A DNA stretch of 63,601 nt, the filler included, from Choristocarpus tenellus KU-1152 (lineage: Eukaryota > Protista > Phaeophyceae), in NCBI GenBank assembly GCA_964200185.2. It is 12 parts of 12 records of this genome, joined end to end, with 100 filler letters (N's around TTAATTAATTAA, not from the genome) between each part and the next. Parts side by side here need not be neighbours in the genome. Positions count along the whole stretch, not along the records: positions 60,829 to 63,601 come from CAXNAD020024870.1; 11 more parts are not named here. The stretch is one strand, 5' to 3'. The position numbers and the translations under genes were made by a program. Below are positions 61,100-63,601 of this stretch, one piece after another. Under the pieces are notes generated by a model, which was not told the DNA's origin, did no database searches, and saw only the letters and a program-made list of their open reading frames with translations. Each line of letters opens with the position of its first letter. Position 1 is the first letter of the stretch.

Positions 61100-62757
61100 T
61101 CCCGCAATATACCCCGTATTCCAGCACTTGCGAACTCTGCAACTCACCTACTAGGCGGTGTAATTACGTCTTCCACGGGTGGGGCACAGTGAGCGCGATG
61201 GTGCCCTGGGGATGCATCTTAGGCCGCAAGCACTGAAGCATCTCGCGCAGGTGTGTGTTGGTAGCCTCTTTGTCGATGAGGAGTCTTGGCTGGGCGGTAA
61301 TGGACACTATGGCAAGCTTTGGCGCATTGCAGAAGGCGAAATCACCAAGTTTGTCTAAGGATACCGTGGGGTCGAGAGGGCGAAAGTCGTGTAGTGCAGT
61401 GTTCTCACTCCTGCTTGGACATCGTGACACATGACACAGTAGACAGATAGCACGACAAGAAGGACGGCATAGTAAGCTACGGTGCAGGCAATCTTTTCAT
61501 TAAGTGAGTTCCTGACAATATTTCCACGGCATCTCCAAAATATCAGGTTGTACCCTCCACAACGCCAGACTTATCAGATACAGATCGTGGAAGGAGGGTA
61601 GACGTCAAAACACTAAGTTCCACGGCCCATGGAACCCCCCCAAAAAGCGACACATCTAAGGCACATAGGACGAGCAATCCACATGATGTACAAGCAGCCA
61701 AGACCTATGTGCAAACCAACGCGAAAACAAACATGCAGAGACGACTTGTGTGTCCGTATAATGTGCAACCACGCCGAGACCCACATGCACTTCTCCGTGT
61801 CGGCCGTTTTGCTGCGTGAGGGGGGATGTAAAAGGCTTTGCGTCGTGGGTGACCCGCCCGCGCTCCTTTAGCGAGCCTTACCCTTGCCCTTGCCCCTGCC
61901 CTGACCCGCCGCTTCGTTCCCCATCGATCCAGACCCTTCACTGCCCTCCTGTGCCATGGGGCAATTGATACATAATCGATCCTTGTGCCTCTCGTCGCCT
62001 ACAATCTCCATGTAGGCACGTTCGCCCATATGCGTGATAGAGTACTTTGGGCATGTATACCTGTCACGCGTGTCATCGAACGAGAGCGCTAAACAGACAG
62101 GATAGTATTTTTCCAAATCATTAATTGGGCTCAACAACGCAACGCGGGGATCCACGGTTACAAAGGACCACGAAATTGGCGCGCAAAACAGCACGAAGTG
62201 GTACAGGTGAGATACAGCAGTCGGTGATGTACATGCATTAACACACAATCGGACAGTGGCAAATAAAGAGACGTGGGGGTAACGACCGCAGTGCTGCACA
62301 CAGAGGGACCCCGCAACATTCCACCGGTTCAATGGCGTGCGCCGCTGAAAAGATACAACCTATCTATCCGTTCGGGGGATTGGATGGAAACCAATCTTAC
62401 ACTTTGCCCTACACGTGCACCGTTAGAACTACATTACTCACCGAGACGTAGGTGGAGGATTGCATTCAGTACAGCTAACGCCCGTGTTCCACCTTCTCTC
62501 TTCGTTTTGTTCTTCTTCCGCACCAGGAACACTGCCGACAGAACCCCCTTCGCCCGTATCCTCCCTGTCTGGCAGTCCGTTCCCTCCCTCGTCTTCGTCC
62601 CCTCCTTTGTGTTCGTCCCCTTCCTCGTCTTCTTTCTCACGGTCATCTGATGCCGATCCGTTCTTGCTCTCAACTTCTGCGCCGCCGCCATCACAGCCCC
62701 GCCCGCTGTGAACCTGGTGGAGGTTGACCTGGTTGAGTACATCCTGGTATTTACCAT
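61100..62757 (-). pseudogene. GC-richer coding-like region of unknown family, apparently disrupted
   Basis: Exon-like blocks (61164-61430, 61868-62160, acidic 62440-62650) with stops or a frame change. No motif recognised. Confidence 0.3.
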
Positions 62758-63043
62758 GCCAGGTAGTGAGGTAAGCGCGTAGAGCCGAGTCCTTCTCGAT
62801 AATCTAGTAGTGGAGACGACGGAGGACGTCGTTGAGGAGAGGAGGGGACGATGGTGACGTCAAAAATGGGAGAGTGTAATCAAAGTACGATAGCATGTCA
62901 ATCGGGCAGAGCAAACGATACGGTTGACGTGGTGAACGTGTTTAATGGAGGCGGCTTGCGGGGCGAAATAGTTTGAAATAAGTCAATGTCGAGGACACCA
63001 ATCAGTATGTAGGTTTTTTCGGTGACGCGTATTGGAGGCAGAA

Positions 63044-63303
63044 GAGCCAAAATATCTTAGAGGGTAGAGCCTCATCCATTTGGGGGTAAAAATACAATGT
63101 TGTGATTTTGATGTAATTTTGACTATCGTGTTTGTTAGGAAGTGTCAACATCTATGTTTCGGACACACCTTTCATAACGCACACATTTTACCTACTCCAA
63201 AACATTTTGGAGTCGGAAAATGTCATAAGAAAACCCACGGGAAGCCAAGCTCCACAAATGGACAAACAGGGAAAAATTCGTACCCTCTAAGATAGTTTCA
63301 CTC
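63044..63303 (+). mobile_element. MITE family A, complete, 260 bp
   Basis: gagccaaaatatcttagagggta / taccctctaagatagtttcactc; perfect 4-bp TSD AGAA. Confidence 0.95.
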
Positions 63304-63601
63304 AGAAACGAGGGGGAGATTGACCAAGATCGTTGTCTACAGTTGAAGGAAACGATTTGCTATTCCCGCTATTAGCAACGAAAGACTAGAACTGACAAAA
63401 CAGCAAAGTTTGTGGTATGGAAGGCAACTCTGTCGCCAATGATGACGAAGAAGACCCACAACTAATCCTACCAAGTATCAACTATTTTTTTCGGTACAAG
63501 CCATTTCAGCTGTAATTACGAACACAGGAGGCACACTCACGGCTCTGATCCGTTGCAGAGGTTTCATTTCGACTATCGTGGAGATGTTTGCCCTCAGTTG
63601 G

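Overview
This is eukaryotic, intron-rich, repeat-rich genomic DNA, not one locus. It consists of 12 unrelated contigs joined by 11 identical 100-bp artificial linkers (N44-TTAATTAATTAA-N44), so the prokaryote-style ORF track is mostly noise. TTAGGG tracts, short exons with long GT-AG introns and a CRE-like retroposon point to a brown alga or related stramenopile (inference). Reading splice sites by hand gives a phase-consistent 8-exon gene for an unknown ~619-aa membrane protein (31108-37446). It also gives partial genes for a SulP/SLC26-like transporter, a Kelch-repeat protein, a mitochondrial-carrier-like protein, a PDZ+PH protein, an MFS transporter and organellar TsaD/Qri7 (OSGEPL1). Mobile DNA dominates. 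There is a full-length plant-mariner-like element (DD40D spacing) split by a solo LTR and nested in a CRE-like retroposon, Gypsy and Copia relics, and many 5'-truncated CRE copies ending in a conserved stem-loop plus (AAT)n. There are also at least four 180-330 bp MITE families sharing a G-R-N-N-N-AAAGTA terminus; family A has 4-bp TSDs and is Sola2-like. The most unusual signal is one MITE copy whose two TIRs both carry the same 4-nt insertion, converting them to perfect (TTAGGG)2, against a background of many short interstitial telomere tracts. No rRNA, tRNA or CRISPR array was found.
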